Part shown: positions 41,433 to 52,291 of the stretch, piece after piece
Layout: every line of letters starts with the position of its first letter
How positions within the stretch are numbered: the stretch's first letter is position 1
NCBI GenBank assembly: GCA_963678065.2
Contig: CAXXVZ010000005.1
Location: 64,001-128,000 of the forward strand
Reading direction: 5' to 3'
Source of the DNA: Treponemataceae bacterium
Lineage (GTDB): Bacteria; Spirochaetota; Spirochaetia; Treponematales; Rectinemataceae
Length of the DNA: 64,000 bases
The notes under the pieces: model-generated
What the model was told of the DNA's origin: nothing
The model's database searches: none
The model's input: the letters and a program-made list of their open reading frames with translations, nothing else
Program-made: the position numbers and the translations under genes

Positions 41433-41837
41433 ATGAAAAGCATGAAATTTTTGCCAGGCCTCATCGCGGTCGCGTTCATCTCCGCAGGTTTCCCGGGATG
41501 CGCGAAACTCGCGGAGATGAAGGCGATGACGGACAGCATCGGCACTCTCACCATCGGTCGCGTCGATGTTGCGGCTGTGCGGGACGGCGACTACGAAGGG
41601 TCTCAGGACAATGGAGCCGTGACAGCCAGAGTGGCCGTCACGGTGCGGGGAGGAAAAATCACGGCGATAAAGGTGCTGGATCACAGGCACGGGCCGGGAA
41701 AAAACCACGACGCCGGAGCCATATCCGACAAGGTCGTGGCGGAACAGAGTCTTCAGGTCGACGCGATCGCCGGGGCCACCGCCTCGAGCAAAGTAGTGCT
41801 CAAGGCCATCGAAAACGCGCTGACGAAAGGCATATAG
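41433..41837 (+). CDS. FMN-binding domain lipoprotein
   Basis: Signal ending in PGC; DGDYEG, VTVRGGKI, and VDAIAGAT resembling the flavinylation motif. Confidence 0.85.
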   Translation: MKSMKFLPGLIAVAFISAGFPGCAKLAEMKAMTDSIGTLTIGRVDVAAVRDGDYEGSQDNGAVTARVAVTVRGGKITAIKVLDHRHGPGKNHDAGAISDKVVAEQSLQVDAIAGATASSKVVLKAIENALTKGI

Positions 41838-41973
41838 ACGCTGACTGCTCTGGCCGCTCTCTCCGCCCGCCGCGCCGACTGAAGATCCTCCCGCGAGCTC
41901 TCAGGTCCAAAAGGTCCGAAGGGCCAGGCTGCCCGAACAAAGACCGGCGCAGCCGCATCGCGGGCCTTTCCCC

Positions 41974-43908
41974 TTACTTTAGGACCGATCTGGCCACCCT
42001 GAATCCGATAGTCCGGTCGTTGTTGAGCGGATTGTGATAGTTGCGGAAGGGGACGCGGGCGAAATCGGGCAGACGGTTCCATCCTCCTCCCCTCTTGACT
42101 CTCATGGTTCCGCTTGCCGGTCCCTTGGGATCCACCAGCGGTTTCCCTGTCAACGCAGGATAGATTCCATACCAGTCGTGACACCATTCCCACACATTCC
42201 CCGTCATGTCGAAGAGTCCGAGCCCATTGGCGGCCCTTGTGCCGACAGGCTTGGTTCCGCCGCCGGAATTCCGTGAGTTCCAGGACACAGCGTCGGCATC
42301 GTCCGAGCCTGAATACTTCAGCACGACAGAGCCGGGAAGAGTGCCGATCAGCCCGCCCCGTGCGGCGAATTCCCATTCGGCCTCGGTGGGCAGGCGGTAG
42401 CCGGGTTTGGAAAAATCGGCGGCGACGGTGGTCCCGGACACCGAGTAGACCCGCGGCAGGCCCGCGAGATCCGAGAGCGCGTTGCAGTAGCCGACGGCGT
42501 TGAACCAGCTCACCTGCTCCACAGGTCTGGAATCCGCCTCGATGCCATTCTTGAAGAAGCTCGGGTTGGACCCCATGATGCTCCTGTATTGGGCCTGCGT
42601 AACTTCGTTCCTGCCGATGTAGAACGCAAGGAGCGTCACGGGATGAACTGGCTTTTCGTCGGATTCGCCTGAGGCGGAACCCATGTTGAAAGTGCCCCCC
42701 TGGACCAACACCATTTCAGGAGTATCGACGAAGGTGTAGGAGACGACCGTGGCCGGGGAATCCTTCCAGCCCGGCTTGCCCGCGATAGCTGTTATCGTGA
42801 CCGAGCCCTTTGCCTGGAAGGGCGACGAGTACAGGTTCCCCCGCGAGGACGAGGGGAGGCTGCCGTCCATGGTATAGCGGATCACCGCTCCCGGAGTGGC
42901 ACAGGACATCGACACGGTGCGGTCAGGCGTATATGTCCCCGCGGCCGGCGAGACAAGGGGGGACGCGACCGTCCCCGTGATGACGAACTCTCCGACGGCG
43001 ACGGACGATATCCGGGAATCGGCCCCGACAGCGACCGCTTTGACGGTTTTCGTGCTTTCGATCCTGAAAGGAGCGGAGTAAACCGTCCCGGTTCCAGCCC
43101 CCGGTTCGCTCCCGTCAGTCGTGTAGCGGATACCCACAACGTCAGAGGCGGCTGCGAGGCTCACCGTGACAGCTTCCTGGAAGGTACCCGGCTCCGGGCT
43201 GAAGCGGGGAAGTGATGGAGGGAGGGCCACCGGCATCCCGGCCACCGGAGAGGCCGGAGCGGCAGCTGTCGCCGGATTCCGGGATGCCTGGACTTCCGCC
43301 TCGTCGTCGAAATTCTTCGACGAAACGCTCGATTCTTTCCATCCCGATCTGAAGGCTATGGCCTTCATGGTCATCCCCTTCTTCACGATCGCGGGTATCC
43401 CGGCGTACTCCATCCCGTAGACGGGGGTCGGTTCCGATCCGTCCAGCGTGTATCGGATCCTGGCTTCAGGTGTCGCGGTGCTGAGCTTCACCATGGTCGT
43501 ACCCGCCGGGGGAGTCGCATCCAGAGACTTTTCGATGCCCGGGGCCGCCACGGTTCCCGTGACGACATAGGTCGCGCTGACAATGTCGCTGGGCTTGCCG
43601 GAGGCGGGGACTGCGATGGCCCTGATAGTCTGGGATTTGTTCACGGGAATCGGCTTCATGTAGGTCTGGCTCTTCGTGCCTTCCTGGGCCGATGGCTCGC
43701 TGCCGTCCACGGTGTAGTAAATTTTTGCCGCCGGATCGGCGGGAAGCAGCTCGACCTTCTGCGGGCTGGTGTACGTTCCGTTTGCGGGCTTGAAGGAAAC
43801 GGCGGGAGGGGCGTCCTTCCCTCCCTTCGCCGTCGCGCAGCCCGCGAGCAGGGCGGCGAGGGCCAGGATAGCTATAAAAGAAAGAGTGGTATTCTTGCGA
43901 TGCGTCAT
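41974..43908 (-). CDS. Lipoprotein with four Fn3-like/CHB_HEX_C repeats and a C-terminal FGE-sulfatase (SUMF1) domain
   Basis: LAGC lipobox; 4x 'I.YT.DGS.P'; RLPTEAEWEFAARGG, GLFDMTGNVWEW, RGGGW and GFRVAR. Confidence 0.88.
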   Translation of the reverse strand: MTHRKNTTLSFIAILALAALLAGCATAKGGKDAPPAVSFKPANGTYTSPQKVELLPADPAAKIYYTVDGSEPSAQEGTKSQTYMKPIPVNKSQTIRAIAVPASGKPSDIVSATYVVTGTVAAPGIEKSLDATPPAGTTMVKLSTATPEARIRYTLDGSEPTPVYGMEYAGIPAIVKKGMTMKAIAFRSGWKESSVSSKNFDDEAEVQASRNPATAAAPASPVAGMPVALPPSLPRFSPEPGTFQEAVTVSLAAASDVVGIRYTTDGSEPGAGTGTVYSAPFRIESTKTVKAVAVGADSRISSVAVGEFVITGTVASPLVSPAAGTYTPDRTVSMSCATPGAVIRYTMDGSLPSSSRGNLYSSPFQAKGSVTITAIAGKPGWKDSPATVVSYTFVDTPEMVLVQGGTFNMGSASGESDEKPVHPVTLLAFYIGRNEVTQAQYRSIMGSNPSFFKNGIEADSRPVEQVSWFNAVGYCNALSDLAGLPRVYSVSGTTVAADFSKPGYRLPTEAEWEFAARGGLIGTLPGSVVLKYSGSDDADAVSWNSRNSGGGTKPVGTRAANGLGLFDMTGNVWEWCHDWYGIYPALTGKPLVDPKGPASGTMRVKRGGGWNRLPDFARVPFRNYHNPLNNDRTIGFRVARSVLK

Positions 43909-44118
43909 GGTGTGATCCTCCGGTTTCTTTTCCATTGTAGCTTCTTCGGAGCGGCACTCAAGAGAGTGTAACGGAAAATCGACAAAAAACCCCGGAATCC
44001 CTTGTGCGCGGACTCCGGGGCATATGGTTTTGACAGTCAGGAAGGTTATCCGTCCTGAACCCTGGCGGCGCACCCTGGCGGCGCGCCCCAGAACGGAGGG
44101 ACGGCGCCCCATAGAGTC

Positions 44119-45120
44119 TTAGAGGTCGCCTATCGTGGCCACCATCACCGCCTTGATCGTGTGGAGTCTGTTCTCGGCCTCGTCGAACACGACGGAGTTC
44201 TTCGAGCGGAAAACCTCGTCGGCGACTTCCATCTCTTTGAGCCCGTGCTTCTCGTAGGTCTCGCGGCCGACCGCGGTCTCGAGGTCATGGAAGGCGGGCA
44301 GGCAGTGCAGGAAAATACAGTCCGGGTTGCCGGTCTTCTTCATGAATTCGGCGGAGATACGGTACTTCTCGAGCTGGGCGATGCGCTCGGCGAACTTCGC
44401 CTCCTCGCCCATGGAGACCCAGACGTCGGTGTACAGGGCATCGGCGCCGGCGAGGGCCTTGTCGGCATCCTCGATGGAAAAAAATTCGATCTTCGCGCCT
44501 GTCCCGGCGGCGATGGCCCTCATCTCGGCGGTGAGTTTCTCGTTCGGCCAGAGCTCCTTCGGCGCGAGGGCGACGAAGTGCAGGCCCATCTTGGCCGAGC
44601 CGATCATGAGGGCATTGCCCATATTGTTGCGGGCGTCGCCGCAGTAGACCATTTTCACTTTGTTCAGGGGCTTGGCCACATGCTCCTCGATGGTGAGGAG
44701 GTCGGCGAGAATCTGCGTGGGGTGGTCTTCATCGGTGAGGCCGTTCCAGACGGGGACACCGGAGTACTTCGCGAGGTCCTCCACAAGTTTCTGGGAGAAG
44801 CCGCGGTACTGGATGCCGTCATACATGCGGCCGAGCACCTTCGCGGTGTCCTCGACGGATTCCTTCTTGCCCATCTGGCTGTTGGTGAGGAAGGTAGCGT
44901 TTCCGCCTTCGTCCCAGCACGCGGTCTCGAAGGCGCAGCGCGTCCTCGTGGAGGCTTTGTCGAAAATGAGGACGATATTCTTGCGGTACAAGAGGTCGCC
45001 CTTCACACCTGAGCGCTTCTTGGCCTTGAGATCGCGGGAGAGGTCGAGAAGATAGCGGATTTCCTCGGGACTGAAATCCTTGAGCGTCAGGAAACTGCGC
45101 CCCCTGAGATTTACGGGCAT
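44119..45120 (-). CDS. argF: Ornithine carbamoyltransferase
   Basis: [21 protein letters not shown] and AENRLHT. Confidence 0.95.
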   Translation of the reverse strand: MPVNLRGRSFLTLKDFSPEEIRYLLDLSRDLKAKKRSGVKGDLLYRKNIVLIFDKASTRTRCAFETACWDEGGNATFLTNSQMGKKESVEDTAKVLGRMYDGIQYRGFSQKLVEDLAKYSGVPVWNGLTDEDHPTQILADLLTIEEHVAKPLNKVKMVYCGDARNNMGNALMIGSAKMGLHFVALAPKELWPNEKLTAEMRAIAAGTGAKIEFFSIEDADKALAGADALYTDVWVSMGEEAKFAERIAQLEKYRISAEFMKKTGNPDCIFLHCLPAFHDLETAVGRETYEKHGLKEMEVADEVFRSKNSVVFDEAENRLHTIKAVMVATIGDL

Positions 45121-45266
45121 GGGAAACCTCCTGTGATTCTGGAAAAATGCGCTGCACGCATTCGCGGATGACGATCGTGCCGGGAAAGGTTGGCATCCTT
45201 TTCCGGCACGGAATCGATGATATCCGAGGCTTTCCAAAAAAACCAGTACATGCTCAAGGCGGAGGC

Positions 45267-48200
45267 TCAGGGCTCCCGGACGAGGATGAACTCGACCCTT
45301 CTGTTCTTCCAGCGCGTGGCAGGGTCTTTCGGGTCGACGGCGGGCAGCGAGGAGCCCAGACCCGCGACAGTGAAGCGCCTCGAGTCGAAGCCGCGCGCCA
45401 CGAGGAGGTCGCGGATAAAGCTCGCCCGCGCAAGGGAGAGGGGGACAATCTCGCCCTTCTCTTCCGCCTCGACCTTGTCGGCCGGGAGTCCGTTGATCTT
45501 CCCCTCATTGTTCGCGTGTCCCTCGATGCGGATGCGGTAGTCGGGGAAGCGGGAGAGTATCTGGACGAGACGGGAGAGCACCTTCTGGTTCCTGGCCTCC
45601 GACTGGGGCGCGAGCCCGGAAAAATCGGCCAGGGAGGCGCGGAACTCGATGGAAGGGATGTTGATCCTGATCCGCGAACCTTCTCGCACGACGAGGACAT
45701 CGACGGCGATGATCCCGCTCACGACGACCTGCTTGCCGGCAAAATCGCGGATGCGCATGCGGAAAGGATAGTCGCTCGCGGCCTCCACTTTTTCTCCGCC
45801 GGGATTTTTTCCATCCCAGGTTATGGACACGGGAGGGGCGCCGTTGCCGCTCCAGACTCGGAAAAGCCTCTCGCGTGTCTCGCGGGAATCGGGAAGCCCC
45901 TCGCCTGAGGCGGACTCGAGGACTTCGAGTCTCCAGGATGCGACGCGCGAAGGATCGTCCACCGTGACAAGAAAGGTGACCATGTCCTTGATACCGTCGC
46001 CGTCGGGGCTGAAGAAGTCCGGCAGGACGATAACTTCCAGTTTCGGAGCCGCCTCCTCGACGAGGATGGTCCCGCTCGATGCCTGTGCGATATCGCCTTT
46101 CAGATACACGACCGCGAGTCGCCCGAATACCTGCCCCCGGACGACCGCCCCCGTTTCGTCCCGCCCGTCCCAGACGAGGCGGCCGGGAACATCGCCTCCG
46201 GAGCGCCTGAAAAATATTTTTTCCGACTTGTCGGCGGCCACGATGGAGAAACTCCACGACATGATCCTGGAGTTCCTGTCGACGATCAGCGTGAAGCCCA
46301 CTTCGTCCATGAATCCATCGCCGTCGGGCGAAATGGAACTCGCATCCGCCTTGACGAAGACCTTGGGTTTGTTCGTGTCGAGGGAGAATTCCACTGTCCG
46401 CGACTCGCACTGATCTCCATTCGGGTAGGAGACCGTGATTTTTGCCGCGTAGTCTCCGTTCGCGGCCTTGGCGCCTGAATCCGCAATTCCGTTCCAGATA
46501 ATCGACTTCGGGACTTCTCCCTTCCCCGCGAAACTGCGGACCCGAAGCGATTTCGCCATTTCCGGACTCGATCCTTGAGCGGGGGTCGACGGGAGGGCGA
46601 GCACTTCGAGCGCGTAGGATGAGGATTTCACTCTGCTTGTCGTCGTTATCCCGAAATTCACCGTATCGCCCACTCCGTCGCCGTCCGGGCTGAAAACGCT
46701 CGGTCCTACGGAAAGCGATACGGCCTTCCTGTCCGTATCGATCGCCACTTGTATGGGGCGGGAGACATATGAGTGCCCTGCGGCGTCGCTGCCTTTCAAG
46801 CGGTAATCATAGCTCCCGTCGGCCAGTCTCATTCCTCCGGAATCACTCCCGTCCCACTCGAGGAAGGATGGAAGCTTCGCGCCGAAATCCCAGACTCTCA
46901 GAAGAAGACCATCGGAGTTCGACAATTCGCCCTTCCAGAGATCTCCGGCCGTTCCCGTCTGGGTGAAGCGCACCCGGCTTCCCGCCCCGGGAACCGAAGG
47001 GTTGATAGCCTGCCTGTCTGCCTGGATGAAGGCTTCCGGCGGGCTGGTATCGAGGGAGAACCAGGGCGAGGAGGCCTCCCCCGCGAACCCGTTGCGGAGG
47101 GAGAAAACGAGAGTCGCGCGGTAGCGCCCATCTTCCCAGGCCTTCCCTGTGGCGGGATACTTTCCGTCCAAGGTGATTTTTTCCGGCAAGGGCTCGCCGG
47201 TCTTGCCTTCCTGTCTGCGAACTACCGTTCCCGCCGCGTTCCGGACTGTGATGGACCAGACAGAGGGGAGGACGGCGGGGACGAGGCGGGGCAAAAGGTT
47301 TATCGTCTCGAGAATGCCATCCCCGTCCGGACTGAAAATATCCGGATCGCAGAGGAGGCTCCCGACAGGCCGCGAAAGGTCGACGACAAAACTCCCGGAG
47401 AGGGCGGTCGCCACATTTCCGGCCTCATCCATGCCTGAAAGCTCGAGCCGATACTCGCCTTCGGGCACGACGGCTCCCGAGTCGTCCTTTCCGTCCCAGA
47501 GGAATGATGGGGGGGGAAGTCCCTGAAAACTCCGCGAGAAAAAGGCTTTCCCGCCCACGTCGAGCGCGCGCAGCCTCCACTGACTTCCTCCGCCCGCGGC
47601 TATCGAAAACGCGATAGTATCCTTCTGCCCATCCCCGTCCGGACTGAAAACGGGTATCGCATCGACGATGGAGATCTTCGCTTCGGGCGGGCTCGTGTCG
47701 ACCTGAAACACGGGACTGTAGACGACGAGCTTGTAGCCGTTGCCGTATTCGAGGCTCAGAGCCGCGCGGTAGCTGCCATCGGGGAGAGGATCGCCCTTGC
47801 CCGTCCTTCCCTCGAAGGCGAAGGCCTGTCCCGCCGCGAGCCTGGCCCGGTCCTGCGTGGACCAGAGCTCGAAACCGGAGTCGTCGAGAACGGAAATCCT
47901 GAACTCCGCGAGATCCCCGTCCGATTCGAGCCAAGGTCGAATGGCAAGAGAATCCTTCACCCCATCGCCGTTGGGACTGAAAACGAGGCTGTCGATGTCC
48001 AGTGTCGCCTTGGGGCTGCGGGTATCGATCCTGATCCCCTCCAGGGTCCTGGACGCCGAATTGCCCGCTCTGTCCCTGCCCGAGAGCCGCGCCGAATACA
48101 GGCCGTCCGGGAGGGTCGTGCCCGAGCCGTCCCTTCCTTTCCAGACAAAGTCCGCAGGAACAGAGTCGGCCCATCCTTCCGAAGCCACGACAACCCCGGA

Positions 48201-49721
48201 GGAATCGAAGATCTCCAGTTTCCACGTGGCTTCTTTCGAGCCTGCCGCGTGCAGGACGAGACTGTCCTTCCGTCCATCGCCGTCGGGGCTGAAGACCCCG
48301 TCTCCCTCGTACGAGAACGCGATCTCGGGCGGCCTTCGGTCAATGATCACCGCGAGGAAGCCTTCGTAGTCGCGTATCCATGGGCCGTCTATGGCGCGAT
48401 AGATGAATCCCGCGATGTATTCGCCGTCGGGCGCCGCCTGCGTCGCAGGCCTCTTTGCTTCGACCGTCGCCGTCGCTCCCTGTCGAAGCGCGGCCTTTGC
48501 TCCGCCGGTCAGTGTTCCGTCCCAGATGAGGCTCCGGGGCAGGTCGATCCCCGCGTGGACCAGGGCGAGTGTGTCGCCGGCGGGCCTCATTTTCTGCATG
48601 GAGTCGGGATGGTTGTGCGCGATCTCGGCGATGTGGACGAGAGTGCCTGAGTTTTTCTCCCGTACACAGAACTCCAGCGCGCCCGCGTTCAGGGAATGCG
48701 TCGCCGTAAGCGGTATTTCGAGCCTGTCCTGAATCCCGTCGCCATTCGGGGAGATGAAGACAGAAGATGTCTTGTCCGACATCTCCGGCCTGATCGCGAC
48801 CGAAGAACCCCACGCGTAGGAGAGTGATCCGGCGACCGCGGAGAGCTGTCCGTAAAGGGGCTCGTAAGCCACCCTGGTCGAAATTCGCGCGGGCGAGGAT
48901 TCGGGAAGGGCCGATCCTGCGGCGGGGCGCCCGAGAGGGATGGAGGCCGAGAGGCTCAAAGAAGGCAGAAGGCTCCGCTTCGTTCCCGCGCTGCAGTCCT
49001 TCCAGCCGATATCCCAGCCTGCGAGCAGACTGAAACCTTCTCCGAACGCCATGTCGAGCGAAGAGAAGAGTCCGATGTCAGTCAATCCGGGGGCAACAAT
49101 GCCGAGCCCGAGTCCCATCCTGAATCCTTCCCGTCGCACGAGGAGGCTGTGCATGGCGAGTTTCGCGCTCACCACTGGGTCGATACCGATCTTGGGCATG
49201 CTGCGGTACATGCCCAGGGCAGGAAGAGGAATTCCGCCCGATACGCCCAATCCTGAAAGGGAGAATCCCCAGGAAAACTCCTTGAGGAACCCCAGATCGC
49301 CCGCGAAGTGCTCGATCCCCAGGTCCAAAGCCAGGTTCCAGCCCAGGCCCCCATTGTCTCCGATGGCTCCCGAGAGTCCCGCACCGGCGGAAAATCCGGG
49401 ACCGAGGGGGGCAGCGTAGCCGATGCGCGCCGAGCCGAAGGTTCCGAGAGGCAGGTCAGTCATGGAGGCGGGAAGATTGAGATAACGGAGAGAGAGCCCG
49501 AAGCTTCCCTTTTCGCCGCGCAGGCTGTAGGCGAGGGAAGCGACCTGACCGAAACCCTGTGCGCCCGATCCGAAATCGGTCAGGCCGTCGAAGTCGAGGC
49601 TGAGGCTCTGGAAGGGTACAGTCTTCTCAGCCTTCGCGCTCTGGGCTTCCGCGCCGGAGACCGCGAAGGCGATGAGGATGAGCGAGACGAAAAAGGCGTG
49701 AAATGGAATCTCCTTTGACAT
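45267..49721 (-). CDS. Large OmpA-family envelope protein with repeated FlgD/Ig-like domains
   Basis: Signal peptide, beta-rich N-terminus, many FSP(D/N)GDG...WDG...DG.Y repeats and C-terminal IEGHAN...LSLARA...NRRVEF. Confidence 0.85.
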   Translation of the reverse strand: MSKEIPFHAFFVSLILIAFAVSGAEAQSAKAEKTVPFQSLSLDFDGLTDFGSGAQGFGQVASLAYSLRGEKGSFGLSLRYLNLPASMTDLPLGTFGSARIGYAAPLGPGFSAGAGLSGAIGDNGGLGWNLALDLGIEHFAGDLGFLKEFSWGFSLSGLGVSGGIPLPALGMYRSMPKIGIDPVVSAKLAMHSLLVRREGFRMGLGLGIVAPGLTDIGLFSSLDMAFGEGFSLLAGWDIGWKDCSAGTKRSLLPSLSLSASIPLGRPAAGSALPESSPARISTRVAYEPLYGQLSAVAGSLSYAWGSSVAIRPEMSDKTSSVFISPNGDGIQDRLEIPLTATHSLNAGALEFCVREKNSGTLVHIAEIAHNHPDSMQKMRPAGDTLALVHAGIDLPRSLIWDGTLTGGAKAALRQGATATVEAKRPATQAAPDGEYIAGFIYRAIDGPWIRDYEGFLAVIIDRRPPEIAFSYEGDGVFSPDGDGRKDSLVLHAAGSKEATWKLEIFDSSGVVVASEGWADSVPADFVWKGRDGSGTTLPDGLYSARLSGRDRAGNSASRTLEGIRIDTRSPKATLDIDSLVFSPNGDGVKDSLAIRPWLESDGDLAEFRISVLDDSGFELWSTQDRARLAAGQAFAFEGRTGKGDPLPDGSYRAALSLEYGNGYKLVVYSPVFQVDTSPPEAKISIVDAIPVFSPDGDGQKDTIAFSIAAGGGSQWRLRALDVGGKAFFSRSFQGLPPPSFLWDGKDDSGAVVPEGEYRLELSGMDEAGNVATALSGSFVVDLSRPVGSLLCDPDIFSPDGDGILETINLLPRLVPAVLPSVWSITVRNAAGTVVRRQEGKTGEPLPEKITLDGKYPATGKAWEDGRYRATLVFSLRNGFAGEASSPWFSLDTSPPEAFIQADRQAINPSVPGAGSRVRFTQTGTAGDLWKGELSNSDGLLLRVWDFGAKLPSFLEWDGSDSGGMRLADGSYDYRLKGSDAAGHSYVSRPIQVAIDTDRKAVSLSVGPSVFSPDGDGVGDTVNFGITTTSRVKSSSYALEVLALPSTPAQGSSPEMAKSLRVRSFAGKGEVPKSIIWNGIADSGAKAANGDYAAKITVSYPNGDQCESRTVEFSLDTNKPKVFVKADASSISPDGDGFMDEVGFTLIVDRNSRIMSWSFSIVAADKSEKIFFRRSGGDVPGRLVWDGRDETGAVVRGQVFGRLAVVYLKGDIAQASSGTILVEEAAPKLEVIVLPDFFSPDGDGIKDMVTFLVTVDDPSRVASWRLEVLESASGEGLPDSRETRERLFRVWSGNGAPPVSITWDGKNPGGEKVEAASDYPFRMRIRDFAGKQVVVSGIIAVDVLVVREGSRIRINIPSIEFRASLADFSGLAPQSEARNQKVLSRLVQILSRFPDYRIRIEGHANNEGKINGLPADKVEAEEKGEIVPLSLARASFIRDLLVARGFDSRRFTVAGLGSSLPAVDPKDPATRWKNRRVEFILVREP

Positions 49722-49837
49722 CTGCGGTACCCGTCCCGGATTTCTGTATAATTCCAGTATCGGACGAAAATCCTGCGAATAAAAGGGCCGAAACAAAAGA
49801 GTCGCGGCCTGAAGCGGATCGGTCACCGCTTCACGGG

Positions 49838-50275
49838 TCACCGCTCCACGGGGATGACACCTTTCTTTATGATGATATTCGCGTACTTGACCGTCTCTCC
49901 CGTCATGACGACGGCGAAGGCCTTTCGGGTCCGCTCGTAAAAAGCGAATCGCTCGATGCGCGCGATCGCCGGGGCGTCGGGCCAATGCCGGTCTATTGCG
50001 GCCCGGAAGGAAAGCTCGACAGCGGGGTCGAGGGTATCGCCTGAAGCCGGCGCCATCATGACAAAGGGCGCATCGGAGTAGGAATCGGGGTTGATGAGAG
50101 AGAGAATGCCGTCGAGCAATGCGGGAACGCGCAGGCCGTCGGCGCGGATTACCCTCTGGTTGCAGCTGTCGCCGGGAAAAAACGCGTCGGCGAGGACGAT
50201 CTCGTCGCCGTGCCCCATACGGGCGAGAACGACCAGGAGTTCAGGGGAGATCAGGGGAGAAATTCCGATGAGCAT
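49838..50275 (-). CDS. RbsD/FucU family sugar mutarotase
   Basis: [19 protein letters not shown] and [10 protein letters not shown]. Confidence 0.92.
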   Translation of the reverse strand: MLIGISPLISPELLVVLARMGHGDEIVLADAFFPGDSCNQRVIRADGLRVPALLDGILSLINPDSYSDAPFVMMAPASGDTLDPAVELSFRAAIDRHWPDAPAIARIERFAFYERTRKAFAVVMTGETVKYANIIIKKGVIPVER

Positions 50276-50349
50276 AGGACTACTCCTTGACCGGGGCAGC
50301 CCTTCCGCTCCGCGAGCCCGGTCCTCCCGCGATGGATTCCAGATAGGCT

Positions 50350-51318
50350 TCAGAACAGTATGACGCCCTTCATGTAGCCGTCTTTCCGTTCCATCGCCGT
50401 GGTGAAAATCTCTTTCGCATCTTCAAGCCGCGCCGAGTGCGTCAGCAGTTTTTCGTTGGAAAAAACGCCGTTCTTCATGAGCCTGATCGTCCGCGGGAAC
50501 AGATCCCCGAAATGCGGATTCACGCCGGGCTGGATATTCAGGATGCGCCAGGCGTTCGTGTGCCAATCGTCCAGCTCGAACTCGTGGCCGTGATGGTGCC
50601 AGGCGAAATTTTCGATTATCGCCGCAGGTTTGGCGAGGGCGAGGGCCAGGCGCATCGAGTCGGGATTCCCGGCTGTCTCTATTATGACGTCGAAATGTTT
50701 CAGGTATTTTTCGGCCGGCGCACCGCGCCCGACCAGGGCCGTTTCGCTCGCGCCCATCTCCTTCGCCATCGCGAGCCTCTTCTCGTCCACATCGAAAACG
50801 GTCACTTCGCCCGCGAGCATCCTGGAAAGCCCCTGCATGAAGATGAGGCCCATGTAGCCTGCGCCCACGAGGGCGACGGAATCTCCCGGCTGTATCCCGG
50901 AATATACGAGACCGTTGACGATGCAGACCACCGGCTCCACGACCCAGTATTTGAGGGGGATATCGTTTTCCGGGATCAGGGAAACCTTCTGGTCGGTCCT
51001 GATGGCGTGGCGCGCCATCAAGGCCCCTCCGGGGACTCCGATGGGGACCTCGTGGCAGGCGACGCGCTGGCCGACCGCGACCGAAGTCACATGCTCGCCC
51101 GCAGCAATCACGCGGCCGACGCCTTCGTGGCCGGCGCAGAATGGATACGGATGAAAGCGCCCGAAGCGTCCCGCAAAGGACAGGACGTCCCAGCCGCAGA
51201 TGCCGCACAACTCCATTTCCACCGCCACCTCGTTCGCGGCCGGCTCGGGAATTTCCATGTCGCGGAGCTCGATGCTGCGCTCGCCGAGATACCAAAGTCC
51301 CTCTGTTTTCATGGTCAT
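50350..51318 (-). CDS. Zinc-dependent alcohol/sugar dehydrogenase
   Basis: CGICGWD, GHEGVG and GAGYMG. Confidence 0.88.
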   Translation of the reverse strand: MTMKTEGLWYLGERSIELRDMEIPEPAANEVAVEMELCGICGWDVLSFAGRFGRFHPYPFCAGHEGVGRVIAAGEHVTSVAVGQRVACHEVPIGVPGGALMARHAIRTDQKVSLIPENDIPLKYWVVEPVVCIVNGLVYSGIQPGDSVALVGAGYMGLIFMQGLSRMLAGEVTVFDVDEKRLAMAKEMGASETALVGRGAPAEKYLKHFDVIIETAGNPDSMRLALALAKPAAIIENFAWHHHGHEFELDDWHTNAWRILNIQPGVNPHFGDLFPRTIRLMKNGVFSNEKLLTHSARLEDAKEIFTTAMERKDGYMKGVILF

Positions 51319-51325
51319 ACCCCTT

Positions 51326-52264
51326 TCAGGCCGCTTCTTCGCGCAACCGATCCAGCAATACGGCTCCGATGATGATCAATCCCTTCACGACAAGCTGGAA
51401 ATAGGCGGAAATGCCGAGCAGGTTCATTCCGTTGTTGATCACGCCGATCATGAGGGCCCCGAGAAAGGTTCCCCAAACGCTGCCACGGCCTCCGTTCAGG
51501 CTCGTGCCGCCGATGACGACGGCCGCGATGACGTCGAGCTCGTAACCGCTTCCCGCTATCGGTTCGGCGGAATTGAGCCGCGAGGTGAGGATCAGCGAGC
51601 TTATCGCCGCCGTGGCGCCGGCGATGACGTAGGCGAAGGTCTTGAAGAATCCGGAATTGATTCCCGAAAGCTTGACCGTCTCCTCATTGCCTCCGATGGC
51701 GTAGGTGTAGCGCCCGAGTCGTGTCTGGGTGAGGACCACGAAGGCGATGACGACGATTACCAGGAAGATGATGATAGGGACGGGCAGCCCCAGGATGTAT
51801 CCGCCGCCGATGAAGCGGAACGCGGGCGAAAAGCCGGAAATCGGGTAACCCTTGGTGTAGATGAGCGTGAGTCCGCGCGCGATGCTCATCATGCCGAGAG
51901 TCACGACGAATGGAGTGATTTTGCCGATCGTGATGAAAAGTCCGTTCATGAGGCCGCAGCCGATCCCTATCCCCAGAGTGGCGATCACGACGACGGGAAG
52001 AGGGCTCCCCCCTTTAAGGAGGCCGGCGCAGACCGCTCCGGATATGGCCAGGATGGAGCCGATGGACAGGTCGATGCCGCCCGTCAGAATGATGAACGTC
52101 ATGCCGACGGACATGATGCCGTAGATCGAAGTCTGCCGTATCACATTTATGATGTTCGTCATCTGGAAGAAAACCGGCGAGAGGATCGAAAGGATTATGC
52201 AGATCAAAAAGAACGCTATTACGATCCCATAGTTTTTGAGTGTGTTCCGTACATTGATCTTCAC
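51326..52264 (-). CDS. Ribose-type ABC permease (RbsC-like)
   Basis: GGIDLSIGS, YAIGGNEE and ELDVIAAVVIGGTSL. Confidence 0.92.
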   Translation of the reverse strand: MKINVRNTLKNYGIVIAFFLICIILSILSPVFFQMTNIINVIRQTSIYGIMSVGMTFIILTGGIDLSIGSILAISGAVCAGLLKGGSPLPVVVIATLGIGIGCGLMNGLFITIGKITPFVVTLGMMSIARGLTLIYTKGYPISGFSPAFRFIGGGYILGLPVPIIIFLVIVVIAFVVLTQTRLGRYTYAIGGNEETVKLSGINSGFFKTFAYVIAGATAAISSLILTSRLNSAEPIAGSGYELDVIAAVVIGGTSLNGGRGSVWGTFLGALMIGVINNGMNLLGISAYFQLVVKGLIIIGAVLLDRLREEAA

Positions 52265-52291
52265 GATGCGGCTCCTTGGAAGATTCCTGGC

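Noticed and set aside
49821..49850. 15-bp tandem duplication of the mutarotase gene's last codons
   Set aside because: Most simply a local slippage duplication with no functional evidence.
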